Shown here one piece after another: positions 39,704 through 50,275 of a DNA stretch of 64,000 nucleotides. Below the pieces are notes generated by a model. It did no database searches and was not told where the DNA came from. It saw nothing but the letters and a program-made list of their open reading frames with translations. A program made the position numbers and the translations under genes. The stretch comes from an uncultured delta proteobacterium (GTDB taxonomy: Bacteria; Desulfobacterota; Desulfobaccia; Desulfobaccales; 0-14-0-80-60-11): positions 1,280,001 through 1,344,000 of the forward strand of contig CAWETI010000002.1 of assembly GCA_963812015.1 (NCBI GenBank). Direction: 5' to 3'. The first letter of the stretch is position 1. The number at the start of each line of letters is the position of its first letter.

Positions 39704-40531
39704 ATGGAAGAATTTGTCTGGCTCAATGATGACCTGCTGCCCCTTGCCCAGGCCCGGGTGTCGGTGAACGACCGGGGGTTTTTGTATGGCGACGGCTTGT
39801 TTGAAACCTTGCGGGCCGAGGCGGGGCGGGTGCAGCTTTTGGCCGAGCATCTGGAGCGCCTGGGGGCCTCGGCCCGGGCTTTTCGCCTACCTTTCCCAAA
39901 AAATGCCCCCTGGGAGGAGCGCTTGGCCCGGTTGCTGGCGGCCAACGGCCTGAGTCGGGGCCCGGCCCGGGTAAAAATTCTCCTGAGCCGAGGGGTGGCA
40001 GAAGAAGGCCTTGGCCTGCCGCAGGAGTGCCGCCCCACCCTGGTCATCTGGGCCCACCCCTATACTCCTCCCCCTCCCGAGGAGTACGCCGCGGGCTGGC
40101 CGGTGGTGGTCTTTCCCCAGGGCCGCTCCACCTTCCTGGGCCGTCACAAGAGCCTCAACTACCTGTTCTACCTGGCGGCCCGGCAATACGCCCTGGATCA
40201 GGGGGCCAAAGAAGCCCTCATCCTGGAGGCCGACGGCCTGGTCTCGGAGGGGGCGGCCACCAGCCTGGTCTATCTTCATCAGGGGAGGTATTATACCCCC
40301 GCCTCGGCCAGCGCCCTCCCCGGGGTGACCGTAACGGTGCTCCGCCGGGGGTTAGCCGCCCGGGGCCTGGCCCTGGAAACCCGGGTTACCGCCGTGGCCC
40401 AGCTTCAGGAGGCCGACGGCCTCTGGCTGGTCAACTCGCTCATGGGCCTGATGCCGGTGGCCGCGGTGGATGGGGCGCCGATGCCGCAGAGCGAAGCCAC
40501 CGGCTTTCTCCAGGAGGTCTTGGCGGCATAA
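39704..40531 (+). CDS. pabC: Aminotransferase class IV, probable ADC lyase
   Basis: DRGFLYGDGLFETLR, HKSLNY, EG, LPGVT; follows pabB. Confidence 0.8.
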   Translation: MEEFVWLNDDLLPLAQARVSVNDRGFLYGDGLFETLRAEAGRVQLLAEHLERLGASARAFRLPFPKNAPWEERLARLLAANGLSRGPARVKILLSRGVAEEGLGLPQECRPTLVIWAHPYTPPPPEEYAAGWPVVVFPQGRSTFLGRHKSLNYLFYLAARQYALDQGAKEALILEADGLVSEGAATSLVYLHQGRYYTPASASALPGVTVTVLRRGLAARGLALETRVTAVAQLQEADGLWLVNSLMGLMPVAAVDGAPMPQSEATGFLQEVLAA

Positions 40532-40587
40532 TCTGAGGGAGGGGGGGAAAATTGGCTTACGAAAAATCCCCCGGCCCTCCCCTCAAA

Positions 40588-41010
40588 TCATCCTTCCATC
40601 TTCTCCAAGGCCCGGCGCAGTTGTTCCCCGGTTTTTTCCCCGTCGCCGGGTTTGTAGCTCTTCTGGGGAAAGAGCCTGAGGCCGTCGGTGTGATAGCGGG
40701 GGATGACGTGGAGGTGGGCATGGAACACCTCCTGCCCCGCGGCCTCGAAATTGTTCATGCCGAGGTTGAATCCCTGGGCGTGTAAGGCCGCCCGCAAGGC
40801 CTGGGCCACCCGGCGGCAGACCTGGCCCATCTCCATCCACAAGGCATCCGGCAACTCCAGCAGGTTCTCATAATGCGCCTTGGGGATGACCAGGGTGTGG
40901 CCGTAGTGCACCGGGGCGATATCCAGGAAGGCCAGGACCCCCTGGGTCTCCATAACCCGCACCGCCGGCACCTCCCCGGCTGCAATGCCGCAAAAAATAC
41001 AGTCTCGCAT
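40588..41010 (-). CDS. HIT family protein
   Basis: DCIFC, GHTLVIPK.H, AGQEVFHAHLHVIPR. Confidence 0.93.
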   Translation of the reverse strand: MRDCIFCGIAAGEVPAVRVMETQGVLAFLDIAPVHYGHTLVIPKAHYENLLELPDALWMEMGQVCRRVAQALRAALHAQGFNLGMNNFEAAGQEVFHAHLHVIPRYHTDGLRLFPQKSYKPGDGEKTGEQLRRALEKMEG

Positions 41011-41129
41011 GTTTCTCCTTATCCGCGAAAATTTTCTTGAGGGCCGGAGCCGCTGGCCAGGCGTTTTCCTCTTGAGGCGTCCCGGCCAGGAACCTGGGCC
41101 CGTTTCGGGGAAACCGCACCCCCTGCATT

Positions 41130-41156
41130 TAAGGTTATTGTCATTATAGTCGAAAA
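41130..41156 (+). promoter_or_regulatory. Possible sigma28 (FliA-type) promoter
   Basis: TAAG-N15-GTCGAAAA; a similar TAAG-N15-TCCGAATA lies at 45528-45554. Confidence 0.4.
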
Positions 41157-41213
41157 ATAGTATGTATAACGGCACTTCACCAATGTTCCTTAGCCACCAG
41201 GGAAGTTTAAGCC

Positions 41214-41648
41214 ATGTGCCTGAACCTCCGCCGCTTCTGCGCCTGCGGCCGCAACTCCGCCGATTTGAGCTGCCGGGATAATCTTTTGCCCGGGGAAATC
41301 CTGATCAACCTCTTTTGCCCCCAATGCCGGCCCGACAGCATCGAAGCAGACACCATGCTCGAAGACTGCGGCTGGGTCCTGGAATATGACGTGGAGCGGG
41401 CCCAGGCCTTTTTTGCCCTCAGAAGTATCAGGGGCCGGGCCACCCCCGGGTTCATCTTCGATGCAGGTTATCTGAGCTGGCAGGGGCTGACCCCAGGCGA
41501 CCAGGAGATCAACACCCGCCTGCATCAGCGCCTGGCGCCGCTTATCGAGCAGGATCTGGCCCTTTACCTCAAGTCGCTGCGGGCTGAGTGGGTAGCCCAC
41601 GTGATCCAACTCAAGGCCGTCGGTTGGCGCAAAGCCCAGGCCACCTGA
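41214..41648 (+). CDS. Cys-containing hypothetical protein
   Basis: CACG and CPQC motifs; GC3-biased codons. Confidence 0.7.
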   Translation: MCLNLRRFCACGRNSADLSCRDNLLPGEILINLFCPQCRPDSIEADTMLEDCGWVLEYDVERAQAFFALRSIRGRATPGFIFDAGYLSWQGLTPGDQEINTRLHQRLAPLIEQDLALYLKSLRAEWVAHVIQLKAVGWRKAQAT

Positions 41649-41691
41649 GGCGTTGGCGTATCCAAAAACCCGAACTCCAAGGAGGACCTAG

Positions 41692-42351
41692 ATGCGGAAA
41701 ACTGGTTGGACATTGACTATCGCAGTTTTATTCGGACTTTCTCTGTTCTTGCTGGCCCCCCCGGACCTCTTGGCCCAATGGGGCCTGATCAAACAAGGGG
41801 TGGACGCGGCCAGGCCAGGGGAACCGGGAACCAAGCCGGCGCCTGCGCCTGAAGACCCCAACGCGCCGCTTAACCGGGCCAAGATGGGTGAGACCTTCCA
41901 ATCTCCCATGACTTTCAAGAACAATCGGCATTTTTCCTACACCATTCCCGCCGGCTGGCAGAAGGAGCAGGGAGACCCCACCGGGGAGAAGGGCGTCGGT
42001 TTCGGACTGCCCGGGACCACGGTCAGTTTTACCATCCATATAAACCAGATGGTGCCGAGCTTCCCGCGCAAGGCTTCGGTGGACGCCTCCTATAAACAAG
42101 CCATGGAAGAAAAGAGCATCGGCAAATATATGGCCGTGAAGCGGCGGGATCAAGGCGGCAAAAGCGGGGTCATCGGCTGGGAGACCATCGAAACCGCAGA
42201 AAAGGGCTCCGGCGGCTTTCAGCGGATTCAATGGCAGTGCTATGACAAGGACAACTACTACTATAGTTTTATAGCCTGTGTTAACCCCCAGCAGTTCAAC
42301 CAACACCGGGCGGTAATGCAGAAAATCATCGATTCTGTTCGGTTCGACTAA
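41692..42351 (+). CDS. Secreted hypothetical protein (possibly PsbP/DcrB-like fold)
   Basis: AAGGAGG RBS, signal peptide, FSYTIPAGW. Confidence 0.7.
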   Translation: MRKTGWTLTIAVLFGLSLFLLAPPDLLAQWGLIKQGVDAARPGEPGTKPAPAPEDPNAPLNRAKMGETFQSPMTFKNNRHFSYTIPAGWQKEQGDPTGEKGVGFGLPGTTVSFTIHINQMVPSFPRKASVDASYKQAMEEKSIGKYMAVKRRDQGGKSGVIGWETIETAEKGSGGFQRIQWQCYDKDNYYYSFIACVNPQQFNQHRAVMQKIIDSVRFD

Positions 42352-42467
42352 ACCCGCTCCGGGGGTGATCTCCCCAGGGGAGGCCACCCCTATCTTGCCT
42401 GGAAGAGGGCCGGGGCAGGATGGCCTGAACCGGATAATTTTCAGAGACAGCCCCAACCATTACAGCC

Positions 42468-43673
42468 ATGACCCTTAAAGACATTGAAGCAGCCCGGGAA
42501 CGACAGCAGGGGGTGGTCCTGCGCACCCCGTTGATCTATTCCCATACCCTGAGTCGGGCCGGCGGCCGGGAAGTCTTCCTGAAGCTGGAGAACCTCCAGA
42601 CCACCGGGTCGTTCAAGCTGCGGGGGGCGCTTAACCGCCTGACCCTCCTTAAAGAGCGGGGCGAAGGGCCGCGGGTGGTGGCCGCCTCGGCGGGCAACCA
42701 CGGCCAGGGAGTGGCCTTCGCCGCCGCCCAGTTGAACCTTCCGGCCACCATCGTCATGCCCCAGGGGGCCTCCATTTCCAAGCAACTGGCCACCCGGGGC
42801 TATGGGGCCGAGGTGATCCTTTATGGCCGGGACCTGGGGGAGGCCCTGGAGAAGGCCCAGACCCTGGTGGCCCAGGGCTATACCTTCATTCACCCCTACG
42901 ACGACCCCGAGGTCATCGCTGGCCAGGGCACTCTGGGCCTCGAGATCGTCGAGGACCTGGCCGGGGTGGACACGGTGGTCATCCCCGTGGGGGGCGGGGG
43001 GCTGGCCGCGGGCGTGGCCGTGGCCGTAAAGGCGCGCAACCCGGGAGTGCGGCTCATCGGGGTGCAGACGGCCCAGGTACCGTCACTGGTTGCGGCCCTG
43101 AAGGCGGGGGCCCCCACGCCGGTGCCGTTCCGGCCCACCCTGGCGGATGGCATCAACGTCCCGCAGGTGGGCCGCCATCCTTTTCCCTATCTTAAGCAAC
43201 ACCTGAGTGAAGTGGTGCTGGTGGAGGAGCAAGAAATCGTCCAGGCGCTGCTTATCTTGCTGGAGGGTAAGAAGGTTTTGGCGGAAGGGGCCGGGGCGGC
43301 GCCCGTGGCGGCCTTTTTGGGGCCCCTGGCGGGCCGGGACTTGGGCCGCCGGGTGGTGCTGGTGGTGAGCGGCGGCAATATCGATATCCCCCTGCTGGAA
43401 CGGGTGGTGCCCCGGGCTTTGCTGGCGCGCCGTCGGCTCCTGACGTTGCAGGTGGTCCTGACCGATTTCCCCGGCTCCCTGGGCCGCCTCACCACCCTTT
43501 TGGGGGAACAGGGGGCCAACATCCTCCACCTGTTCCACGACCGCCTGGCCCGGGAGCTGTCCCTGGACTACACCCGGGTGGAGCTCAACCTGGAGACCCG
43601 GGGCCCCGAACACGGCGAGGCGGTGCTCGTCGCCCTCCGGGAGGCCGGCTACCGGGTGGAGGAAAAGCCTTAA
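42468..43673 (+). CDS. ilvA: Threonine ammonia-lyase with C-terminal ACT domain
   Basis: KLENLQTTGSFKLRGA, SAGNH, GQGT, GGGGL, SGGNID. Confidence 0.92.
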   Translation: MTLKDIEAARERQQGVVLRTPLIYSHTLSRAGGREVFLKLENLQTTGSFKLRGALNRLTLLKERGEGPRVVAASAGNHGQGVAFAAAQLNLPATIVMPQGASISKQLATRGYGAEVILYGRDLGEALEKAQTLVAQGYTFIHPYDDPEVIAGQGTLGLEIVEDLAGVDTVVIPVGGGGLAAGVAVAVKARNPGVRLIGVQTAQVPSLVAALKAGAPTPVPFRPTLADGINVPQVGRHPFPYLKQHLSEVVLVEEQEIVQALLILLEGKKVLAEGAGAAPVAAFLGPLAGRDLGRRVVLVVSGGNIDIPLLERVVPRALLARRRLLTLQVVLTDFPGSLGRLTTLLGEQGANILHLFHDRLARELSLDYTRVELNLETRGPEHGEAVLVALREAGYRVEEKP

Positions 43674-43868
43674 AAGACGGTTTTCAGTTTTCGGTTTTCG
43701 GTTGAACCCCGAGTTATATGATCAATAAGCGGCACCGGCGTTACGCCTGCGCATGCAGCATACAGGGTGGGCACCGGCCACCATAAATCCCCGGGATGGT
43801 TGCCGCTCCGGCTGACAGTTCACCTTTTTATCTGATATACTCCGCAAAAAATCTTTACCGAGGACCGT

Positions 43869-45053
43869 ATGCCCATTTCGGCACGCATCAGAGACGCCAT
43901 CCAAAATTCTTCCTGGATCCGGCGCATGTTCGAAGAAGGGGCCGAACTCAAGGCCCGCCTGGGACCGGCCCGGGTCTTTGATTTTACCCTGGGCAACCCG
44001 GATTTGGAGCCGCCGCCCCGGTTCCAGGAGGAACTCGTCAAGGCGGCCGGAGACATGGCCCCCGGCCTCCACGCCTACATGCCCAACGCCGGGCTTTTAA
44101 ACACCCGCCACGTCCTGGCTGAGAAGCTGAGTCGTCTTCACCACCTGGAATTCAAGGCCCATGACCTGATCCTTACCTGCGGGGCCTCCGGCGGGCTCAA
44201 TATCATCCTCAAGGCCTTGTTGGACCCGGGGGATGAAGTGGTGATCCTGGCGCCCTATTTCCCCGAATACCTTTTCTATGCCGACAACCACGGCGGCGTC
44301 GCCAAAGTGGTGGAAACGGACGAGCACTTCCTGCCGGACCTGAAGAGGCTGGCCGCAGCTTTGAGCCCCCGGACCCGGGCGATTATCATCAATTCCCCCA
44401 ATAACCCCACGGGCCAGATTTATGACGCGGCCACGTTAACCGAGTTGGGACGGTTCCTGGCCCACCATGCGGGGCGCCACGGCCGGCCGGTTTACCTGGT
44501 GGCCGATGAGCCCTACCGGCACCTGGTTTATGACGGGGCCGAAGTCCCCAGCATCTTTGCGGCCTATCCCAATACTCTGCTGGCCACCTCGTTTTCCAAG
44601 GACCTGTCCATCCCCGGGGAGCGCCTGGGTTATGTGGCGGTGAGCCCCCGGGCCGCCGGCCGGGGTGAGCTGGAAGGCGCCCTGGTGCTGGCCAATCGCA
44701 TCCTGGGGTTTGTCAACGCCCCGGCCCTGATGCAGCGGGTGGTGGCTCAGTTGACCGACGTGGCCCTGGACATCACGCCCTACGCCCGGCGCCGGGAGCT
44801 CTTCTGCGACCTGCTCACCGAGGCGGGGTATAAATTCCTCAAGCCTCAGGGGGCCTTCTATCTATTTCCCAAGGCTCCGGGGGGTGATGACCTTAACTGC
44901 GTGGCCCGCCTCAAGGAAGAAAATATCCTGGCGGTGCCGGGGCGGGGCTTTGGCCGGGCCGGCTATTTCCGGCTGGCCTTTTGCGTGCCCGAAAAGGTCA
45001 TCCAGGCTGCGGCCCCGGGGTTTGCCCGGGCCCGGAAAAAAATTACCGGGTAG
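43869..45053 (+). CDS. PLP-dependent aminotransferase class I/II (aspartate aminotransferase-like)
   Basis: NSPNNPTG, DEPY, SFSKDLSIPGERLGY. Confidence 0.92.
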   Translation: MPISARIRDAIQNSSWIRRMFEEGAELKARLGPARVFDFTLGNPDLEPPPRFQEELVKAAGDMAPGLHAYMPNAGLLNTRHVLAEKLSRLHHLEFKAHDLILTCGASGGLNIILKALLDPGDEVVILAPYFPEYLFYADNHGGVAKVVETDEHFLPDLKRLAAALSPRTRAIIINSPNNPTGQIYDAATLTELGRFLAHHAGRHGRPVYLVADEPYRHLVYDGAEVPSIFAAYPNTLLATSFSKDLSIPGERLGYVAVSPRAAGRGELEGALVLANRILGFVNAPALMQRVVAQLTDVALDITPYARRRELFCDLLTEAGYKFLKPQGAFYLFPKAPGGDDLNCVARLKEENILAVPGRGFGRAGYFRLAFCVPEKVIQAAAPGFARARKKITG

Positions 45054-45125
45054 GGGTCTCTGGATTCCAGGCCCGAGCGGCCCTGGGCTTGAAAACCTGC
45101 TCATCATCGGGAGACCGGAAAAGAC

Positions 45126-45458
45126 ATGGCCAAGCGTCCCCAGCAGCCCCGGCCGGTGGCGGTCAAAGAAGTGCTCCAGAAGATCCTGTCGCCCGGCGAC
45201 CGGGATGATCTGGAACTCCGGCAACAGATCCGCCGGGTTTGGGAGGCGGTGGTCCCGGCCGCTCTCCTGAGCCAGGCCCGATTGGTGGACCTGCGCCGCA
45301 AGGAACTCTGGGTGGAAGTCAGCTCCAGCCCCTGGAGCCAGGAATTGCAATTCCTGAAGCCGAAAATCCTGGCGGCGATGGACCGGTCCCTGGGACCCGG
45401 CAAGGTCAAAGACCTGCGAGTGCGGGTCGGGAATTGCCCAGAGTCGAGTAAAACCTGA
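45126..45458 (+). CDS. DUF721/DciA family protein
   Basis: WEAVVP..L.V.V.SSPWSQELQFLK..IL..M. Confidence 0.75.
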   Translation: MAKRPQQPRPVAVKEVLQKILSPGDRDDLELRQQIRRVWEAVVPAALLSQARLVDLRRKELWVEVSSSPWSQELQFLKPKILAAMDRSLGPGKVKDLRVRVGNCPESSKT

Positions 45459-45602
45459 CGTTGAGAAAATCATTCCAATACCCGGCTAGGGCGTCCAGGT
45501 TCTTCTGAAAAAACCCTCATAAATCCTTAAGAATTTTTCTATTTCATCCGAATAATACCCCAAAGCTTTCACCTCATCCCTGGCGACGGCCCGGCGCGGC
45601 AG

Positions 45603-46025
45603 TTGCCAGGGAACATAAGGCCATCCACGCCCAAAAAATCTTCCCAGCTCCCGCTCACCATCCTCTTGGTGGATGATGATCCCCTGATCCGGGTTCTGGG
45701 GCAGGAATTGCTGGAGCACCTGGGGTACCGGGTGGTGACTGCGGCGGATGGTTCCGAGGCCCTGGAGAAGTTTCAACGGCTGGGGGTGGTGGACCTGGTG
45801 CTCTTGGATTACTATCTGCCGGGCCAAACCGGCTGCCAGGTGATTCGGAGGTTCAAGGCCCTGGACCAGCGGGCCCGGGTGCTGGTGGCCTCGGGTACTT
45901 TTTCTTCCCGGGATCTGGACTGCCTTAAGGCGGAGGGGGCCCTGGGCCTGATTCATAAACCGTACCGGCTGACGGACCTGCAGCGACGGATTCAGCTGGT
46001 GCTGGCGGGCCAGTCGGGGTTTTAG
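45603..46025 (+). CDS. Single-domain response regulator
   Basis: ILLVDDD, LLDYYLP, ASG, KPY. Confidence 0.85.
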   Translation: MPGNIRPSTPKKSSQLPLTILLVDDDPLIRVLGQELLEHLGYRVVTAADGSEALEKFQRLGVVDLVLLDYYLPGQTGCQVIRRFKALDQRARVLVASGTFSSRDLDCLKAEGALGLIHKPYRLTDLQRRIQLVLAGQSGF

Positions 46026-47517
46026 CGGCTGCGGCCAGGGGCCGCCGGTCAAACCGGAGCAGCACCGCTCCCACCCGGGTCAAGCAGGCGGCCTCCTGCC
46101 AGTCGGGCCCCAGGAGGTTGGCGGTGAACTGGCGCAGGAATTTCAGGTCCGGGATATGGGAGGCGATCAGCCAGAGGCGCTGGGGGGATGTTTGGGCTTG
46201 AGCAGCCCGATCCAACCCCTTCTCCACACATGACCGGCCCCAACAGACCCCGTGGTTCGGTCCGCGGTAATAGTATTTGAAGGGCGCCACCGCGAAATAA
46301 TAGACATAAACAAGATCCTGGGGCTGGAGATTGGCTTCCAGGTGAGCCACCAGGGGTTGAATCTCTTCCCGGTTGTTGATGGGATAGAGGTTTTTGTTGA
46401 GGCCGGCCAAGGGATGGAGGGCCACCAGGAATATTCCGGTCAGGGCCAGGGCCAGCCAGCGCTGGCGCCGATGCCAGAGCCAGGCGAACCCAGCCGCGCC
46501 CCCGACTGCCAAGATGAGATAGAGGATCGGGGCGCTGAACAGCATCAGGCGGTTGCCGCCGTAGTGGGCCATAAAGGGGTAGCGGTGCAGGCAAGCGGCC
46601 CCGAAGGCCAGCAGCAGCGGCCCTCCCAGGTAAAGCAAGACCCGGGCGCGGCCCCGCCGCACCATCACGACTATACCGGCTGCCAACAAGAGCGGCCCCC
46701 AGATTACCCCCCACTCACCCAGAAAATACCGGAAATAGCGGTAGAGAGCCGATCCCAGCCACCGGAAAAACGGCACCAGGCCGGTGAGATCCGGGAAGTC
46801 CTGGGCCCAATACGCCACCAGTTCGGGGTCCACTTCCCGCCGGATAAACAGCAGATAATAAGCGGCAAAGGCCAGGCACCAGACGGAGCCCAGGAGGGCC
46901 AGCCGGGAGCGTCGATCCTGGGGTAGGCCGGCCCACAGGACCGTCACGACGATGGGCAGGGTAAAAATCAGGGCTTGGGAGAAACCCAGTCCCAGCCCGC
47001 CGGCCAGGGCCAGGACCAGCCAGCCCCCGCGGCCCCGGCCGGATCGGAGCCGTTCCGCCAGCCACAGCACCAGGACGGCAAAAAAAGCATCGCCGCTGTA
47101 CTGTTTCAATTCCTTGGAATAATAGACCATAATGGGGGAGAAGGCCACCGCCGCCAGGGCCAGCAGGGCGGCCGGAACTTCCACCAGGGCCCGGCTGAGA
47201 CGCCAGAGGAGCCAGAGGGTGCCCACCCCGAACAGGAAGGAGAGCCCCCGGAGCACCACTTCGCTGTGGCCCCAGAGCTGCACCATCGCCCAGACGGTGA
47301 GGAGATAAAGGGCCGGGGTGGACTGGCCCGCGGCTAGGGCCTCTTTGGCCGTGGGTTTCATGGCCGCCAGGGCCACCCAGGCCTCATCGGTCCAGAGGTC
47401 CCGGCCCCCCAGGTTATAGAGGCGGAAATAGACCGCCACCCCAAAGATCAGGGCTATGGCCAGCATGGTGAGGTATGGCCGGGATAGACTTTCGGGCTTA
47501 GGGCCGGGCCGGGACAT
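45925..47517 (-). CDS. GT-C/PMT-like (family 39) membrane glycosyltransferase
   Basis: LWTDEA, YSKELKQY, multi-TM; 3' end overlaps the regulator. Confidence 0.8.
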   Translation of the reverse strand: MSRPGPKPESLSRPYLTMLAIALIFGVAVYFRLYNLGGRDLWTDEAWVALAAMKPTAKEALAAGQSTPALYLLTVWAMVQLWGHSEVVLRGLSFLFGVGTLWLLWRLSRALVEVPAALLALAAVAFSPIMVYYSKELKQYSGDAFFAVLVLWLAERLRSGRGRGGWLVLALAGGLGLGFSQALIFTLPIVVTVLWAGLPQDRRSRLALLGSVWCLAFAAYYLLFIRREVDPELVAYWAQDFPDLTGLVPFFRWLGSALYRYFRYFLGEWGVIWGPLLLAAGIVVMVRRGRARVLLYLGGPLLLAFGAACLHRYPFMAHYGGNRLMLFSAPILYLILAVGGAAGFAWLWHRRQRWLALALTGIFLVALHPLAGLNKNLYPINNREEIQPLVAHLEANLQPQDLVYVYYFAVAPFKYYYRGPNHGVCWGRSCVEKGLDRAAQAQTSPQRLWLIASHIPDLKFLRQFTANLLGPDWQEAACLTRVGAVLLRFDRRPLAAAAKTPTGPPAPAESVAAGPSAGTVYESGPGPPPP

Positions 47518-47857
47518 GGCACCTATCTCCCGGCAAAGCTGGTGGGAGCGTGGGTTCGGGCAAAACTGGCAACCACTCGACAGACGGGGGCCAAGGGCCC
47601 GGTTGCGGCCAATCTGGAGCAATTCTGTACTGGCCTGACTTCGCCATAATCCTCTTGAGGCTTTATCCGGTCCCCTGATTTAAAATCGAGACAATTTCCT
47701 GGTAGATTAAAATCTGTTTAAATATTATTATTTTACCATCTATTTTTACCACTCGGCAAGGGGAAACCCCAGGAGCGGGGGAGGGGAGACAGAGGGGCCT
47801 CGCCTCCGGCATTTCCCCCCATAAGGCGGCAACAGCCAACCCGTCGGGAGAAGCGAC

Positions 47858-48772
47858 TTGACAGCAAAAAATTTTTGGTGGCCGGCGCCGGTGGCCCCCG
47901 GGGAGCTGGTGGCGGTGGCGGCCCCGGCCAGCCACGTCAGCCGGCCCGCCTGGGAGGCCGGGGTGCAAATTCTCCAGGACTGGGGTTTTCGGGTGCGTTG
48001 CGGCCCGGAGGTCTTCGAGCCCCGGGCCTATGGGGTGGCCACGGATCAGCTGATAGCCCGGCGCTTTATGGAGATTTGGCTGGACCCGGAGGTCAAAGCC
48101 ATTGTGGGGGTCAGGGGAGGCTATGGCTCCCTGAAGTTGCTACCCCACCTGGATCTTAAAGCCCTGAAGACGCACCACAAACGGCTGGTGGGGTTCAGCG
48201 ATATGACCAATCTCCTCTGGTACTTCCACCATGGGCTGGGGCTGGTGACCTTCCACGGCCCCAACGTGGCCCAGCTCCCGGAGGTGACTCCCGAGGCCCG
48301 GAAAAATTTTTATGAGTGGCTCACGGCCCCGGGTCCCCGGGCCATTACTTACCGGAACCTCACGGTGCTCCACCCCGGGGTGGCCACGGGCCCCCTGGCC
48401 GGCGGCAACCTCACCACCCTGTGTCACCTGGTGGGCACGCCCTATGCCCCCCGGCTGGCAGGTTACCTGTTGTTTCTGGAAGACCACAACGAAGCCCTGT
48501 ACCGCCTCGACCGCATGCTCCACCACCTGATCTTCGCCGGGGTCCTGGATGGCGTCCGGGGGGTGGTGTTGGGGGGCTTTACCCACTGCGGCTCCCAAGA
48601 CGGCCTCCTGGAGGTCTTGACTACCGCCTTGGCGCCCCTCAACGTGCCGGTGCTCATGGGCCTGCCGGTGGGCCACCAGCCGGACAACCACACCCTGCCC
48701 CTGGGAGCCTGGGCTCGCCTGGACACCGGGGCCGCGTCCCTGTCCCTGCTTGAATCCCCCATCCTCCCTTAA
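47858..48772 (+). CDS. LD-carboxypeptidase (peptidase S66)
   Basis: RGGYG, GFSD.T, FHGP, GGNL, LED, GH. Confidence 0.92.
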   Translation: MTAKNFWWPAPVAPGELVAVAAPASHVSRPAWEAGVQILQDWGFRVRCGPEVFEPRAYGVATDQLIARRFMEIWLDPEVKAIVGVRGGYGSLKLLPHLDLKALKTHHKRLVGFSDMTNLLWYFHHGLGLVTFHGPNVAQLPEVTPEARKNFYEWLTAPGPRAITYRNLTVLHPGVATGPLAGGNLTTLCHLVGTPYAPRLAGYLLFLEDHNEALYRLDRMLHHLIFAGVLDGVRGVVLGGFTHCGSQDGLLEVLTTALAPLNVPVLMGLPVGHQPDNHTLPLGAWARLDTGAASLSLLESPILP

Positions 48773-48896
48773 AATCTCTTGGGGCAGGTCAGTCTTGGGG
48801 TAATTCACTTGTAAATAATTGCAGACCTCCTCCCCTTGACAAGCGCGTCTTGAACCTTATTTTTGCACTAAACCCCTAGCTGCCTCAGGAGGAGTT

Positions 48897-49121
48897 ATGG
48901 CTCACACCTGTAAAACCTGTGGCGCAGTGGCGGCAGAACCCGGCCACCTGTGCGCTCCCACTACCGAAGAGACTACGTGCGCATATTGCGGGAAACATAC
49001 CCCTCACGTCAAACATTACTGCAAGGGCAAGATGGAAGACCTGAAGTATGTTTGTGAGGGGTGCGGGCGCCTGGCGCCTTTCGCGGATTTGCTTTGCAAA
49101 CCCAGCAAAGTGCCGGCGTGA
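48897..49121 (+). CDS. 74-aa Cys/His-rich metal-binding small protein
   Basis: AGGAGGAG RBS; three CxxC plus HLC/HYC/LLC. Confidence 0.8.
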   Translation: MAHTCKTCGAVAAEPGHLCAPTTEETTCAYCGKHTPHVKHYCKGKMEDLKYVCEGCGRLAPFADLLCKPSKVPA

Positions 49122-49293
49122 CCAAAGTGCCGGTGGGAAAGACCGGTATACGGCACTAGTGGAGTGGATGGAAAAAGGTGCCGGGTAAACCCAGGGCGGG
49201 ACAGCGCCAGCAACCTTTCAGCTATTTTCCATAGCCACATCTCCATACCCACCAGGGGTTGAGAAATCGCCATTCTCAGCCCCTTACTTTTCC

Positions 49294-49414
49294 TACCTAG
49301 TCTCAATCAAAAGAATCTTGAATCGTAGGGGCCCATCTGCGTGTCCGCCCTCCATCAAAGGCGGACACCTGGGTCCGCCCCTACAGGGAGTTCCCGTTGG
49401 TTTGCGACTTGGTA
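49294..49414. repeat. GTAG-REP doublet inside TACC(A/T)AGTC..AA.C inverted ends
   Basis: REP at 49325-49384; outer imperfect inverted repeat 49294-49308 / 49400-49414. Confidence 0.7.
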
Positions 49415-50275
49415 TCAGGTAAGGTAGGAGTGAAGGCCGGAGAGCAGGAAACTGACGCCAAAATAGGTGAACAATACCGCCATGAATCCCAGCACCGCCA
49501 GCCAGGCGATGCGGCGGCCGTGCCAGCCTTTCAAGAGCCGGGCGTGGAGCAGGGCCGCGTAAATGAACCAGGTGATCAACGACCAGGTTTCCTTGGGATC
49601 CCAACTCCAGTATCGGCCCCAGGCGGTTTCGGCCCACACCGCGCCGGTGGCAATTCCCAGGGTCAGCAGGAGAAATCCCAGGACGGTAGTCCGGTAGATG
49701 AGACTGTCCAGGGAGGGGAGGGGGGGCAGGGAAGGCCGGGGCCGCCGGTCCTGGAGGAGATAGAGGATGGCGCTGCCGAAGGCCAAAGCAAAGGCGGCGT
49801 AGCCCAGGAAGGCCGTCACCACGTGGATGAGCAGCCAGTTGCTCTTCAGGGCCGGCATCAAAGGTTTGATGCGGCTGTCCGCCCCGAAGGAGGCATAAGC
49901 CAAAAGGAGGGTGGAGAGCATCGCCACCAGGGCGCCCAGGTAGCCCTTGAGGTAGCGGCGAAAGGCGAACAGGCCCAGGGCCGGCAGGCACCAAGAGAAA
50001 AAGAGCAGAGATTCATAAAAATTGGACAGCGGTACCTGAATAATAATGAGCTGCAGTTTGTCGGCAAACGACGTGGTGGGGGAGTGGCCCAGGGCCACCC
50101 GGTAGGATTCCACCCAGCGGCCGAGGAGCGCGCCGGTATGGGTTCCCAGCCCCATCCACAGTATAGTCCGACCCGCATTCTGAAGCCGGGGAGACGACCA
50201 TAACTCCGCCATCAGGAACAGGATGGCCACCAGCAGATAGATCAACATGACGACGCCAAGGATCTGGCTGATCAT
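49415..50275 (-). CDS. ccsA: Cytochrome c biogenesis system II protein CcsA/ResC
   Basis: WAETAWGRYWSWDPKETW, conserved His residues, GLHSY. Confidence 0.93.
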   Translation of the reverse strand: MISQILGVVMLIYLLVAILFLMAELWSSPRLQNAGRTILWMGLGTHTGALLGRWVESYRVALGHSPTTSFADKLQLIIIQVPLSNFYESLLFFSWCLPALGLFAFRRYLKGYLGALVAMLSTLLLAYASFGADSRIKPLMPALKSNWLLIHVVTAFLGYAAFALAFGSAILYLLQDRRPRPSLPPLPSLDSLIYRTTVLGFLLLTLGIATGAVWAETAWGRYWSWDPKETWSLITWFIYAALLHARLLKGWHGRRIAWLAVLGFMAVLFTYFGVSFLLSGLHSYLT

